A DNA stretch of 64,000 nt from NCBI GenBank assembly GCA_051362555.1, contig CM120648.1, forward strand, positions 11,466,587 through 11,530,586, in the 5' to 3' direction. The position numbers and the translations under genes are program-made. This document shows positions 46,969-62,600 of the stretch, one piece after another. The stretch comes from Lingula anatina. Lineage: Eukaryota; Animalia; Brachiopoda. The first letter of the stretch is position 1; each line of letters starts with the position of its first letter. The notes under the pieces are model-generated. The model searched no databases, was not told the DNA's origin, and saw nothing but the letters and a program-made list of their open reading frames with translations.

Positions 46969-48496
46969 ATGATGGACCTGGACTTTGACGACATGGCGAC
47001 CCCCATTCCCATGGATGAAGATTTTGAACAACCCTCACAGACTGACCTGTTTGAGTCTGTGATTGGGCGGGGGCATGGAGAGAGTGAGGATGGCGCCTTC
47101 TCTGACAGTGAGGAGGAAGAGGAGGTGTATGCTAGGTATTTTTACACCAAATAAAATATTGTGTCTTTTGTATTTAGACACTGTAATGACCAGTATTACA
47201 ATTATTATAAGATAAGTATTATTTTTTAACTAATTTTCATTATTATGGTGGAAACAAATTGAACTGTTACTATGCACTAAAGTAAAAAAGTAAAGTTTTT
47301 AAAATTATACACTTCTCTCACTTATATCATCCATGCTTTCTGTTTATTCATATTTTTTTCACTACCTAGATGTCTAAAGTGCATTGTATGTCTTTAAACT
47401 GTATTTTGTAATAATTTCTTATAATTTAATGCACTATATTGTGTTTAACAATTGTATCGAATTACTAGTATATTGTCTTATAAGCGTAATTGTCTTATAA
47501 TGTGTTATATTATAACATCATGTTCTATTCTGTGTTATTGTATTCTAGTTTATTGTGTTTTCCTATATTGTCAGGTCTGGTGGAGACTTCCCAAAGACTA
47601 CAGAGCAGAGAATTAACAGGCAGGAACAATTGAGGATGCTACACCTGAGACGCTACCTGGATCAGCTCAGTGAGAAAGTGCTAGAGAAGGATTACATAGT
47701 ACAAAAGACAAGGTACCAGTGCTTAGTTTTATAAGACATATATTTATAGTGAACCAGAAGTTCTCTCTACAAGAGGTTAGCTAAGTGAAGATGTCAATAT
47801 AAGCAGACATTCTTGGTGAATGAATTATCCAGCAGATCTTATCATTTTGTCAAGTTGAAACTATTAGTATTATATACAAATGTATGCTAGTATATACAGT
47901 GGCAGTTATAGTTATGTTTCATAATAATAACACTGTTGAATAAGTTAAAATTAATATTGGCTCTTTTGGTTAAAAGATGATGTGTAAATGCTTCACATAA
48001 ACAGTAGCAGATATTTTTGATGTGATTTCTTTGATCACATATATCTGCATGGTGATTATTTGGTGAAAAGATTATCTTAAAATATTTTAAATAAACAGTG
48101 ACAGATATTTTTGATGTGATGTCATTGATTTACTTAAATATATCTGGTTTGTTTCCAGACAAGAGCTGCAGAAGTGTCGAGAGAGACTAGAACAGCTGGA
48201 GAGGGAGCGCGATCAGGTGTTCGCACAGATATCAGCATGTGACGCTGAGGGAAATGTGTAAGTGTTTATGTCATTGACTCTACACTGAAGTTTTCAATTG
48301 AACATTGCTTTTAGAATTAAGAGTACATGAGATTTTTTTCCAGTACTTTAGACACTGTTTTATTCTGTAAAAGCAATTTATGTTTCAGTGCATTCTAAAA
48401 ATGACAGACCTGCTTGTACTTTTCGGTATATATAGATGTATGACCAAGCATATAATATGATTTATTTCATTTTAAAAATGTAAATTAAACATTATC

Positions 48497-48531
<35 letters not shown>

Positions 48532-49106
48532 AGGACAAACTTATGGATAATAAAAGAAACTGAAAACACTTATTTCCATTGTTTGGAATGATCACATGAC
48601 TAGCATCAAAAAGGATCAAATATTAAAAAGGTTGAGAGACCGTAAAGCATGAAAAAATATAACCGCAGTTTTAATCCCTGTTTTTCTCCTTCTTCTCTCT
48701 GCTTGTTAACATTCTGATTCAGTCCAGACCCCTTCTGTTTTCAGCTCTGCAGTGAACAGACTTCAAGCGCAGCATGAGAGAGTACTGCAGGAACTGGAGG
48801 ACGAGGAAACATTGGAGGAGAAGATTAAAGAGACATTAGATAGCGCTGAGTGAGTACTGTGTTTTTTCATACCTATAATATTGGTCCTAATTTATTTATT
48901 TATTCATTTATTTATTTATTATTGTATTACTGTTGCTGTCTTTGCTGCCCCTGTATTCATGAAGTTAAATTGATTGCTAAACAAATACGTTGAAAATTTT
49001 CAGCCTCTTTTCGTCCTTAGCTTAATATAAAGAAATTTAAGGATTGATTTTGAGTCAGATGTTTTTATCATTATTATCATCATTATTATTATTTCATATT
49101 TTATTC

Positions 49107-49179
<73 letters not shown>

Positions 49180-49699
49180 ATCACCAGGTATGAGCTAGCC
49201 AAGGCACAGGTAGAGCAAGGGAAGTTCCTACTGGCTGACGAGGAGCTGAGGAAGAAGGAGGAGCAGCTGAAGGAAGAGAAGCTCCAGATGGCACAGACTA
49301 GGAAGAAGAAGGAGGATCACTTTGCGGCACAGACAGAGAAGAGGAGGAGGGCTAGGGAGAAGTAAGTCAGAGTGCTGTGGGAAATAGGGGTTGACTGTGG
49401 GATTTGTCATTATTGGTGGCAAGAGAAAAATTTTTATTTAATAATCACTCAGCACTTTACTTTGTATGGTATTTTGTAGTACTGTTCAGGTTCTCCACTA
49501 TGCCTTGCCCTGGAAATTAATAGTTACACTTACAGATGGTGGATTATGAAATGAACCTGTTGTATGTCATTACACATGCAGAATATCTGTGAGATAATAC
49601 ACTGCCACCTGAGAGATACATGTCATAACACCTCAAGCGTTAGTAATATGTGTTCAAGACATATATCACGAGAGGGAGGCAGTGTATTATTTGGCATAT

Positions 49700-49730
<31 letters not shown>

Positions 49731-52700
49731 CACAAAGAGAAATATTCTAACGAAAAACACCCCTATAACTAAAAACAGTTTATATTTCTATGATCACGTA
49801 ACATATCTAGGTATGTATAGAAGATTATTAAAGGGGAGCAAAAATAGCAAATGTGTTGGAAGTAGCAGTTGTCTGCATGTTTCAGTCCACTTTACTTATA
49901 TTTTATTCTTAAAAAAAAATCAAACCACAAAGCTTTTGCATGATAAGTCAAGTTCACATTCTACTACTCTCAACAATAACATTTATATGTATACATGTAG
50001 CTTTTATCTAAATTTGAAAAGAAACCGGATGTATTGTAAAATAAATTCAAAACGGAAGATAAAGGTAAATATGACTTCTTATGAAAGTCAGTTAATAATG
50101 CATTTAAATGTATATTGTAAACTCCAGAGAGCACATAGAAGCCATCAGGGAGAGAGAGAGGAGACAAAGACAAGCCATGCTGGATGCCAAAAAGAGCAGA
50201 GAAAAGGCTAAAGTTTACCTCAAAGAAACAATGGCCAGGTGGGCTCTTGGTAGTCACTTTATTTTCAAAAATGAAAGGATATATATTTTAAAGTTTAAAA
50301 AAATGCATTTTCTACACTTTAATCAATGGGACAGTGGTCAGCAGATCTCACTTGTGTACATGAGGCACATGTGAGTTTATTAAGTACTTGAAAGGGATTT
50401 CTTTGTACAAAGTGTAAAACAACATTTCTCTTTTATCTTACCTTGATGTGGCAGACTTGAGAAATTTTGAATAAGACAAAAAGTTTTACCGCAAGTTCAA
50501 GTCTAATACATTCTGGTTTCTTCCTTTTCAAATTTTCATATGTGCACCCTTATCAGACCCTGACAGTCAGCAGCGAGTTCAATATATGAAAACATATATA
50601 GTAATAGATCCATCTTGCACAGACTGGTGACTTGGTGCAGTTAACTTTAGTCAAAAGCCACATAAGTTCAAATAAGCAATACAAAGGCATTTTTTAGTTA
50701 GGATAATTTGAAATTGAACAAGCTTGATCACATTGACTTTAATTTAAAACTAAGGCTACAGTAATTGCATGGTTTTCAGACCCGTAGCCAGCAATTTTGG
50801 AAGGGGGTTCATTTTCTGAAAAATTGGACCTTTTACCATAAAATCCATAAGTGCATAGGTCAAATTGAACCCAGAGCAGTCCTTTTCCCCAGCAAAAAGG
50901 GCGGTTCTTTTGAACCCCCCCGAATCCGGCTACAGGCCCGGTTTTAATTGTAACTTTTTTTTTCTTTTTTTCCCCCCCAGAATCCGTAGTCAGGATTTGG
51001 CCGAGGAACAGAAGAACAGAGAGGAGATGGAGAAAAGAATGTCCACAGCTTTGTCCTTGAAAACTGACATCATGAAGAACAGGGTGAGTTGGAGGACTGA
51101 GAAAATGAGCAATTCATTTCATCTGTTTTTCACAGTGTCGAATTTGCCTAGGAAGAGTGCGACACTTAAGTGTCACAGTGGTAATTTGTGTGCTAATTGT
51201 TGATTGGATGTCACCTGGTTTTCAGAATGCCAGTAAGAGCGGATTCAGAAAAGCAGTTTAACAGATCCACAGATCAAATTAGGCCGACCCACTGGAATGC
51301 TTGTTGTGTATTCCCCGCAGGGAATCTTTTCAGTGTCTAATCAGGAGTTAAGCGCCAAGGTTTTTAGTGGGTCGCCATATTTGATGCATAGATCTGTTAG
51401 TCCACTGTTTTGAATGCGCTCGGAGATCGTACTCCAGCATTTTTAGCAGGTACAAGTACCTCCTTCTCTTAATACCCACAAAAACTATGCAGTTGTACAA
51501 ATCAAATGCATGCCTATATACTTTTATGTACACTTTAGGAAAATCTCAAAGCACTCCAGGCACGAGATCGGGCAGTTGAACGTGCAGCCAAGGAGGCAGA
51601 GGAGCGTGAACGACAGCGCATACTGGAGGAAGGGGGAAACCCAGAGGAGGCGTTGCTGAGAGAGAAAAGACAAGCAGAGTTTGACAAGTTAAAAGAGTGA
51701 GTAAAAGCTATATCCACATTAAACAATCTCCTCGAGAACCAGGTGGAAAACATATATCACAGCAGAGAATACTGGTGATTCAGAAGCAGTCTAAAATTAA
51801 AATGAAATTGTTCTGTAGATTTTACATATTAATATATACAGCACAAAGAATTAAAAATAAAGCAATTGAATTATTATAAAGCACTGATGAGAAGAGACAT
51901 GGGAGTTCAAATTTTAATCTTCTTTTTCAATTTTAAAAATCAGTGAGCAATGTTTTACATAAAAAACAGATATTATGTAAATGTTAGCAATTGAAGGATT
52001 TCTAACAGGTATTAGACTGTATTAAAAGTAACAAGACTTTTTTAAATTAGTAAGTTTCTCTTCAATTTATAGCCCTTAACTTCTTAAAATTTCTTCTTCT
52101 GAGTAATCCTGTGCCTTTTCATCCCCCATGCAGACAACACGAGAGTAGACAGCGCCAACACCAGGTGGAAATAGCCCAGAGAATACTACTAGAGGAGCAG
52201 CGCATGAAGAAACGCATGATACAACAGCCCCAGCTGTGGAATGACCCCAAGAGAGAGAAAGCTAAGAGGGTGGCGCCACACAAGAGACGGAAACTGAGAA
52301 TATTCCAGGAGAGCGAGTCTTCTTCCCATGAATACAGCGGAGATGTCGAGGATGAAAACGTGAGGGATCTTTTTTTTTTTTTTTTTTTTTTGATTGTGAG
52401 AGTTCTCTTTTCTTGCGAGTGTTCTTCTATGAAATGTTTTGTAACACAGGGCAATGTCAGATAAGACTGTTTCAAAACCACTGGTATCCAAAATTATCTC
52501 AATAGAATTACATTTGACTTTCATCTTGCTTTGAAAAACATATATTTATTGCCTAGTTTTATACAAAGCATTTAGTGATAGGGAATATTTTTTTTTTTAC
52601 TTTTTTTTTTTTAATTGTGTGATGATATTATAAATATCTGTCAATAATACTAGTATGGTGTATCTGTGTTAATCCTTCTCCTTGTCCTGGTTCTCAGTCC

Positions 52701-53481
52701 CCACTTATGCACTGTATTCCAGATACCCCCCTCCCCAATGGACTCCAGGGTTTACATGCATGGACTCCAGTGGTGTGTAATAATATTACTCTGTCAATAA
52801 AAAAAAAATTCTGTGTCAAACTTTCCTCCTCTTAAACTGTGTGCTGTATTTCAGAGACCCCCCATGGATGCCAGGATTCAGATGGACTCAAGTGATGAAG
52901 AAAAAGGCGTTCACTCCTCGCCGTACGGCACCATCAGCAGAGCAGAGCTGCCAGACTCCGACTCTGAGAGTAGGTCAAGTTGTGGCATGAACATAATGTT
53001 GGTTTGTTCTTGGGGCGCTTCTGTTTAATGGTTTATTGTTCCATGACTTGTTCTACTGTTATAGTATCATATGTGTCATATATGTTCTATTGTATCGTAT
53101 GTGTCATATATGTTCTGACTACTGAATCCTATGTGTTATATTGATCCCTGTCCCTGCTCTCTTCTCCAGCGGAGGCCAATGTGGACCTCGCCAAGCCAGA
53201 GTTTGAGGGGATGTGGGACAAGCACAAGCCATACAGAGTCCCCAAGGATGCCGCTGAGCCCATTATTAAGCACCCCGGGGCCAGCAAGATGGAGCAGGAC
53301 ATTATGGTCAAGGTGCTGGACAGACACAGGGAGAATATTGTGTCCAAACAGGTGGCTGCTGGGCGGGAGTTCAAGGGTTGTCCCTTCTATAGCAAGCCTG
53401 ATGTTATTCATTTCAAGGTGAGATGTAGGAAGACTGATGGACTGACGAACACACACACTCTTTCCCTCTCTTTCTCTCTAT

Positions 53482-53560
<79 letters not shown>

Positions 53561-56500
53561 CACGCATGCACACTTTCTTTCTCAATCACACACATGTACT
53601 CAGAAGCAAATACACATGCACAAAGTCATGTCTCAATATAATCTCTGCTTTCCCAGGATTTTGATGTGGGTAAATCCTACAAGAAGAAAGTGACCCTCAC
53701 CAATGTATCCTACACTGTCAACTACTGTAAGCTGTTGGGGATCACAGAGCACCTCAAGGACTTTATAGATGTCTTGTAAGTATATGGCTTGACATACGCT
53801 CAAAACAGGGGGTCCCCCTGTTATGGAAGTTTCGACATGTGATGTAATGTGGTTACAACTCTCATTAAATAATATCCAGCAATCCTTGTTTTGATATATG
53901 TTGTTTATGTTGCATATTACTGTTCAGCTCTGTGCTTTATATATGAACCATAACCTATGGTGATTCTCAGTACACACATTGTCAAATAAACATGAGTCAT
54001 ATGTATTAAAACATATATCATGAGATGCCATTACTTCAGAATGTTCAAAGTCCTTTTTAAATGTAGAAAGTTATCATGTTAATCTAAGTCTCCTTTTATC
54101 CCTAGAGACAGTTAGTTGAGATGTGTTTCTTTGATGATTGTGTTAGCTGAGATTTGTAATTGTGTTGTCTCCTCCAGGTTTGATCCTCCAGGTCAGATGT
54201 CAGCTGGACTCACTTGTGAAATGCTGGTCACCTTCAAACCCATGGTAAGCTGCCTGCTCTTAATGCTGTCTTCATTGTAAGATATAGGGCACTGATCCTG
54301 AAGAATAGGTTTGTGATTAAAAGGAAAAAATGGAGTTGGACAGTAAAGGGAGTGGGGTAATAACATACATAATAAATATAATGTATTGTTGTGCTCACTG
54401 TGTATAACATTGTATTGTATTGGTATTGCATTGCCTTGTATTGTATGTATGTATTGCATTGCTATTAAATTTTGTTGTATTACATATTTATTAATTTTAT
54501 AATTTTATGTAAAATGTGTTGCTAATTTTTTTTCCAAAGATAAATGAAGATCTTGAAGGTGAAGTGAACTTCCTGGCACAAACTGGCCCTTTCTCCATCC
54601 CCATCAAGTGCACAACCAAGAAATGTGATGTAAGTACTTTAATTTACATGTCAGTATATGGTTCTGAATCTACTTTTTAACTGACATGTAACACTGGTGC
54701 ATATAACACAAATATAAGAGCTCAGGATTATTATAGCTTTTTGTCATCGTATTATCTGGTGCTGAAAGTGTCACATGAATTCTTGGTGAGAGCATTCTCT
54801 GTGTCATCTTTCAGCTGTCAGTGGACACCAGGGTGATAGATTTTGGGACCACAGTCATTGGGGAAACCCTGAAGAGGACATTTACACTCACCAACAATGG
54901 AGCCCTGGGCACACGGTTCGAGTTTGTGAAAATATCAGGTGAGATATGGTGACTGAATTCACACATCAGATCAGTAGTTGTAGACATAAGTAAAAAGAGG
55001 TGAATATGTAAGATAAGGGAAAGAACAAACACCCAATTTTTTTATTGATTGTATTATTATTATTATAATAATTATTATTATTATTATTCACACCTGATAT
55101 CAATCAGAAGTTAATCCTAGATATACGTAAAAATGGGATAAATATGTAAGATAAAGGAAAGGAAAAACAACCCATTTTTATGTACAGACACAGATGTGTC
55201 TGTACATATAGCCATCATCTGCGTCTGTCGTCGCCGTCGTCGCCGTCGTCGCCGTGCACTTTTACCGATAACACGATAAGTGAAAAACCATTTTACCTTT
55301 TGACTTGAAACTTGCAGAACTGATGAATATTCATAATACGCAGGTCAAGTTCGAAAATCAGCATGATCGGGTCACTTTTAGGGAATTTATGCTGTTTTTT
55401 CACTTTTTTCAGCATATATGCAGCACCGATAACACGATAAGTGGAAAACCATTTTACCTTTTGACTTGAAACTTACAGAACTGATGAATATTCATAATAC
55501 GCAGGTCAAGTTCGAAAATCAGCATGATAGGGTCACTTTTAGGTAATTTATGCTGTTTTTTCACTTTTTTCAGCATATATGCAGCACCGATAACACAATA
55601 AGTGGAAAACCATTTTACCTTTTGACTTGAAACTTACAGAACTGATGAATATTCATAATACGCAGGTCAAGTTCGAAAATCAGCATGATTGGGCCATTTT
55701 GAGGGAATTTATGCTGTTTTTTCACTATTTTTAATATAAATGCAACACTGATAACACAATATAAGAAAAACGGATTGGCCAATTGTAATTATACTCACAG
55801 GAGTGGTCAATCTTACTAAAATGCAGGTTGAGTTCGAAAATCAGCATAATCGGGCCATTATTTTAGAAGTTATACTGTTTTTTTCACATTTCCTCAGATT
55901 CAATTATTAGGCATGTTAACAGTCTCATTATTGAACTAATATGATGCCTAAAAGTGTTTGTTTGATATTTCCTGCATCTTTACAACATTGTTAGTTGATT
56001 ATGTAAAAAACATGGTAAACTTGTTATCATGTATTGTGTAATAAAGTGTCAAAAATGGAAATAAACTCATATCATTGCAGTTTGTCAGATTCAATCATCC
56101 ATTATGTTCAGAATCTCAGAATGGAGGAAATTGGACATTTAACACTGTTCTATTGATACTTTTCCCATCTCATCAATTTTCTTAGTTGGTCATATAAAAA
56201 TGGCAGTAAAATGTTTATTTTGTTTTATGTTAAAAAAGTGTTAAAAATGGAAATAAACCCATTTCAGAACAGTGCTGTCTTGTTTAGCATATATGCAGCA
56301 CCGATAACACGAAAAGTGAAAAACCATTTTACCTTTTGGTATGAAACTTACAGAACTGATGAATATTCATAATACGCAGGTCAAGTTCGAAAATCAGCAT
56401 GATCGGGTCACTTTTAGGGAATTTATGCTGTTTTTTCACTTTTTTCAGCATATATGCAGCACTGATAACACGATAAGTGGAAAACCATTTTACCTTTTGA

Positions 56501-59464
56501 CTTGAAACTTACAAAACTGATGAATATTCATAATACACAGATCAAGTTCGAAAATCAGCATGATTGGGTCATTTTTCGGGAATTTATGCTGTTTTTTTTT
56601 CACTTTTTTCAGCATATATGCAGCACCGATAACACCATAAGTGGAAAACCAATTTACATTTTGGCTTGAAACTTGCAGAACTGATAAATATTCATAATAC
56701 GCAAGTCAAGTTTGAAAATCAGCATGATTCGATTATTGTTAGGGAATTTATGCTGTTTTTTCACTTTTTTCAGCATATATGCAGCACTGATAACACAATA
56801 AGTGGAAAACTGTTTTATCATTTGGCTTGAAACTTACAGAACTAATGAATATTCCTAATACGCAGGTCAAGTTTGAAAATCGGCAAGATCGGGCAATTTT
56901 TATGGAAGTTATCCTGTTTTTTTTTTTTTTTTTTTTTTTTTTAATGTTTTCAGCTCTTTTATAACACCGATAACATGATAAGTGTAAAAATGTTTTTCCT
57001 TTTGGATTGAAATTTACAGAACTGGTGAATATTTATAATACGCAGGTCAAGTTTGAAAATTGGCATGATTGGACTATTTTTACAAAAGTAATGCTTTTTT
57101 TTACCCTTTATTCAGCATACATGCAACACTGATAACGCATTTTAAGGAAATCCAATCAGCCTTTTGTCTTGCAACTCACAGGAGTGATCAATCTGACCAG
57201 TATACAGATCAAGTTTGAAAATAAGCTTGATCAGTTAAGTTTTGATGAAGTTATAAGCCTTTTTGTATATAAGTGGTTTTTCTTCAGATTTAATTCTTAA
57301 GCATGTTAACAGTCTCATTACGGAACTAATTGGATATGTAAAAGTGTTGTTTTAACATTTTCTGCTTCTTAACAATATTGTTAGTTGATTATATAAAAAT
57401 GACGGTAAACCTATTATCGTGCATTGTGTAATAAAGTATCAAAAATGGAAAGGAACTCATCATTGCAGTTCGTCAGATTCAATCATTCACTATGTTCAGA
57501 ATCTCCAAATGGAGCTAATTGGACATTATAAATTGTTCTATTGATATTTTTCCTATGTCAACAATTTTCCTAGTTGATCATTTAAAAATGACAGTTAATT
57601 GATTATGGTTTTATGTAAAAAAGGTGTTGAAAATGGAAAGAAAATCATTTCAGTACAGTTATCTCTTGTTAACATTTTGGCATTTTGAAAGTGTGACCCC
57701 TACTTCCATGTCCTTGGAGACCTTTCCATATCACATTTTCTGAATATCCATGATACTTTAATTTTTTTATAAAAAAATTGATGGTCATTATGTTGTTAAG
57801 TATTATGTTACATTGCATGAAAGTTAAAGAAAACCCTATTTTGGACACTGCTGCCAGGATAGCGATTAAGGGAAAACCATGTTACTTATGATAATCAACC
57901 TTACTGAAAAGACTGAAGTGCAGCTTGTGTTGGAAAACCATCGTAATTGTTTTCTGTTTTGAAAGCAGTGCAGTACAGTGCTATTTGGTGCAATAAATGT
58001 ATATGGATAGTAGGCAGTTAATTCAGGGTTATAAAATAATTTGCTTAATTGATTTTCAAGTTATTTCAGGGTTATAAAATAATTTGCTTAATTATTTTTT
58101 TCTGTTTTTTGTCTGTACATTTGACAGCTTTGCTGCCTTGTTCATTGATTCCTTTGTTTTAAATTTTTATCTTATTTAATGTTGTAGATGAACATATGCC
58201 TAATTGTATGTTGCCTGTTGGGAAAGACATACAGGTGGGGTATTTAAAATGAGGATTTATTTGAAATATGACCATTCTGTTATGAAGCCATTTTGAATCT
58301 TTTTAGGCATGAAACAGAGAAACATCAGCACAGCAGAGACATCTATAGGGAGATTAGTAAGTTGAACTCACTCAATTCTATGTAAAAAATAATAATAAAT
58401 GCATACATACATGCTTATGTTAATTTGCCAGTTTGATAAAAGTGTCAAATTCAAAAACAAATTAAATAATAGATGAGACAGGTTATTAACTAAAAGTTAA
58501 GAACTCTTGGACTTTTATAAACAACATTAGGAAAAAATATACTCAAACTAGCTTAACTGTGAATATTTTGAGTCTTCATTCCATATTGCTTTTAAAATAA
58601 CCATTTATTTTTAACTTTAAGATTAAAGTATTTCAGTTATGTATGTAAACTAAATATACATAATCATTTTAGTATATATTCATATGCCTGTTAGTATCCT
58701 AAAATATTTGTGCCATAGACATAGAATTCCAATCCTTTGAGTAGATGATTGAATTTAAGACTAATGCATACATACATTTGTCTCCAGACCACGGCTGATA
58801 CAGCTCGTGTTCCCAGTCCCCTGGGAGAGGCTCAAGAAGACAAGAAGGGGAAAGGGAAGAAAGCAGCCAAGGAGGCAGCTGCACAAGGTAATGCATTCAG
58901 GAGGAGTATCAGAGGGCGGTGTGGAAACTGGATTTTTTATGATGTTAGAGAAGAAAAAACAAGAATTATTATACAAGGAATTGTATGACAGAAAGAAAAA
59001 TCATGGCAGTTTTATTATGTACATTATATACATAAGACCTGCTATAAAATCATACAAATTTATCATCTTCTCTGAAGTTATTGTCAGTTGATCTTGGGAA
59101 CAAAGTTACAATTATTTAATGAAATGCATAAATGTCAGTGCCTCAAGCAGTTCTGACAATCTGGCATAAACTTTGCAGATAAAGAAAAAGACAAAGCACC
59201 TGCACGACCCGCGGAAGCTGAGGCACCACAAGAAACTGAGGCACCCAAGGAAAAGGTGACTTTGAAAGAACCTGGATTGGAGTCAGAAAGTGAGTGGTTC
59301 CACAATAAGAGTTCTGTGAAATTTGTGAAATTCTGTAATGTTGAAAATTTTAACAGCACAGTCGCTCTCTTTCCGTAAAGTATTAAATACTTCCTCACAC
59401 GCAGTCCTTTTTCAAGCCTGTTTTTTCTCCCACCTCCTCTTGGTTTTTTTTTATTTCATAATAT

Positions 59465-59507
<43 letters not shown>

Positions 59508-60698
59508 TAAATTTACATATTTATTTTTTATTTATTTTATTTATTTATTTTTTTACCTCTAACTCATTAATTGATGAAGCATTATTTTTTTTAATTAGTG
59601 CCTGTGTCCCCCGTTAGCAATTTTTCGTTACTTTACTTGCCTGGCTGGTGATTGATATAACAGGATTCCAGGTTGATATTTTTCCTCACATATCACAAAG
59701 ATTTGATCCCATCCTTCCAGTCACCAGTACAGTGGGGTTCCCCCTGAGCACGGAGGCCGAGGAGCTGGACTCCTTTGATGGGATGAAGGTGGGTCAGTTG
59801 ATCGGGGGAGAGATCGGCCCGTTTACCTCTCTTAAACTGGAGATCTTCTGGAACCCGACCTACCCTGGCGCCGTGGACTCTGACTTCCTGGTGACCTTCA
59901 CTGATGAACTCTCTGCAGAGGTCAGTACAGCGCCCTCCATCAACAGACACACACTATCTGTTTATTCCACAGTAAATTGGATTGTTTTTTAGATCTGATG
60001 ATAGCCAGCTTTTTCATATTATTATTTCTCCTTGCTGACTTTGCTTTCTTCTAATGTGATATGGACATTTGAAAATTAGTTAAAAGAAGGTAACATTCCT
60101 GGGTACTACAGATAGACACACATTTGATTTCTGGCGTTAATGAAAAAGTTTATCATAAAACTGTTCTTGAATCACAATTGTAGGTATTTACTGTCACAGT
60201 TTTTATACGGGCTCTTAGAGGCACATTTTATAGAGAAAAGAAAATGAGTGCCTTGTTCTCCTTCCAGATCAGTGTGAAGGCCCTGGGTAATGCCATAGAC
60301 GTCCCAGTGTGGGTGCAGAGACAATCTGTAGACCTGAAGATCTGTATGTATGACAGGCTGTACCAAGACACCATCATAGCCAACAACAGGTAGGTATAAT
60401 ATACCATCATGTTGGATATATGAGGGACAAATATTACCTCCTGCTTGGCAGGGGTAGACTGAGACTGATACAAGGTGTATCTGTTACATGGATAGCATCA
60501 TTGGTTCATTGGGTCAAAGGTTCATTGGCCTGAAAAATCGTAAATGTATGCATGCACAAACACACACCATTGTGCAAGTATGTGCACTGTATATACCATA
60601 ATACAAATAGCATGATGACAGATTCTTGTGATATGTTCTGTCCTTCATCCTGCACCCTTAAATAAATGGATAGATAGATAGACAGACGGACAGACAGA

Positions 60699-60729
<31 letters not shown>

Positions 60730-62568
60730 TTTATGCCTTATTAAGTGTCACGTCGATGTAATAATTGTAAAATATTATAACCCAGGGCAACCACTGCACT
60801 GAGATTGAACTTTGATGTGCCAAAGGAGCTGAAGAACCACCTGGAGCTATTACCCAAGACAGGCTACATCCAAGCCCAGTCACAGTTTCAGGCCCAGCTC
60901 AAATTCCTGCCAAGGTTGGTTATATATGGGACATGTAATCCATGTATGGGACAGTCTTATCGCTGTAGATGAAGCAAATGAAAAAATAATAATAACCTAA
61001 GGTTTAAGATGCTGAAAGTAAGAATTTAAAAACAACCCTGTCTGTGAATTTTAAACCATTTGATACACAATTTTTAAAAATAATATTATTACTGAACTTT
61101 GCTGTGAAATTATATTATGTTTATTTATTAATTGATTCAGTCATTGAAATAGCTTACAGCTAGCAGTTTAAGATTTGAGCTAATATTAATTTTTTGCAAA
61201 TCCCCCCTGTAGATCAACCCTATTTGAAGATGCTGGCAAGTATTTTGACAAGGAGACAGGGGTACTGGAGGCTCCTATGACCATCAGGGTGGCTGACCAG
61301 GTAAACAGTTGTGTTTGTTGAGATTGTTGATTATGTTGGTTGAGACAGATTGCATCAGTTGAGACAGTTTATTGTTTTGGGTGAGATGGATGATTGTGTT
61401 TGGTTTGAAACCTAATTTAGGTACAGTTTGTGCTGGATGTAACAGCTTTTTTCTCCTTGTTTATCTTTTTTTTTTGTCTTATGCAAATATTAAAAAATCT
61501 GTCTACTCACAAGTTTAAGATATCAGAAGCAGGAAGAATTTTTAGTAACAAGTATATTTCAGTGTATACAGAGCTGGTCAATACATTTGTTTGTTTATAT
61601 GTTTGTTTATTTCCATTTACAGACCAACCCTGTGCCGTTCACGTTACATGCTGTGGTCACCAACTCTGATCTGGAGTTTGACATCACCAACATTGACTTT
61701 GGCTACTGCACCATCTATGAATCGGTGAAGACCACAGTGAAACTCTCCAACAGGTCTATACTGCCACAGGAGTTTGGCTTCGTGGGAATACCAGAGGTGA
61801 GCATCACTTGACTGTTATATTTCATTTAAATTGTCCATTGGTGTTTTTAAATGATAATAATAGTGATCACCATCATGTTTATTCAGTGTAATAACCCATA
61901 GCAAAATTACAGCACATGGCTGCAAAAAGGGAATTTCATATTTAGAATTTAAGAAGAGATATAGTACATGGATTAGACAGCAGTTTATGCTCTTAAAGTC
62001 AGGTTATCTTTTAATTTCTGACAGTATTTCCCTTTTTCAAGTAACGGCAACTGATGATATCCCATGAATCGAGAATTAAGTTAAAAACTGTAAGTAATCT
62101 GCCGTCTTATTCAGTGCCTTAAAGAATATGTTGTGCATTGTTGCGGGTATAATTGTCAAATTATTTTCATCCTTTTGTTTCTTAGTACATCGATGTTCAG
62201 CCTAATGATGGGTTTGGTACCTTGTTGCCAATGGAAACCATGGAGCTAGACATCATTTTCAGTCCTCCCAAGGCTAGAAACTACTCATTTGAACTCACTT
62301 GCAAGTCCCTGATAAACAGGTCAGTTGTCTGGGCTTTAGTGTACAGAGGGAGGCATGAAATGGGGAAAATAATTTCATTTAAACCCTTAAGTTTATTTAT
62401 ACACATATAATCACAGATAATGTTATGTTTGTAGACAAATTAACAGTTATGTTGTACTGGAAGTTATTGATTACTTAAAATTTTAAAAAATAGTATAAAA
62501 AGAATGAGGAGATAAAGCATACTAGTATTAGATTCTGTATATATTGCTTATAGGGATGCTAGATTCTG

Positions 62569-62600
<32 letters not shown>

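Noticed and set aside
49564-50211. 215-aa ORF and similar intronic ORFs (35537-36076, 36300-36827, 37009-37566)
   Set aside because: Low-complexity or microsatellite-derived, or antisense to real exons; only 50128-50237 is a CFAP74 exon, in another frame.
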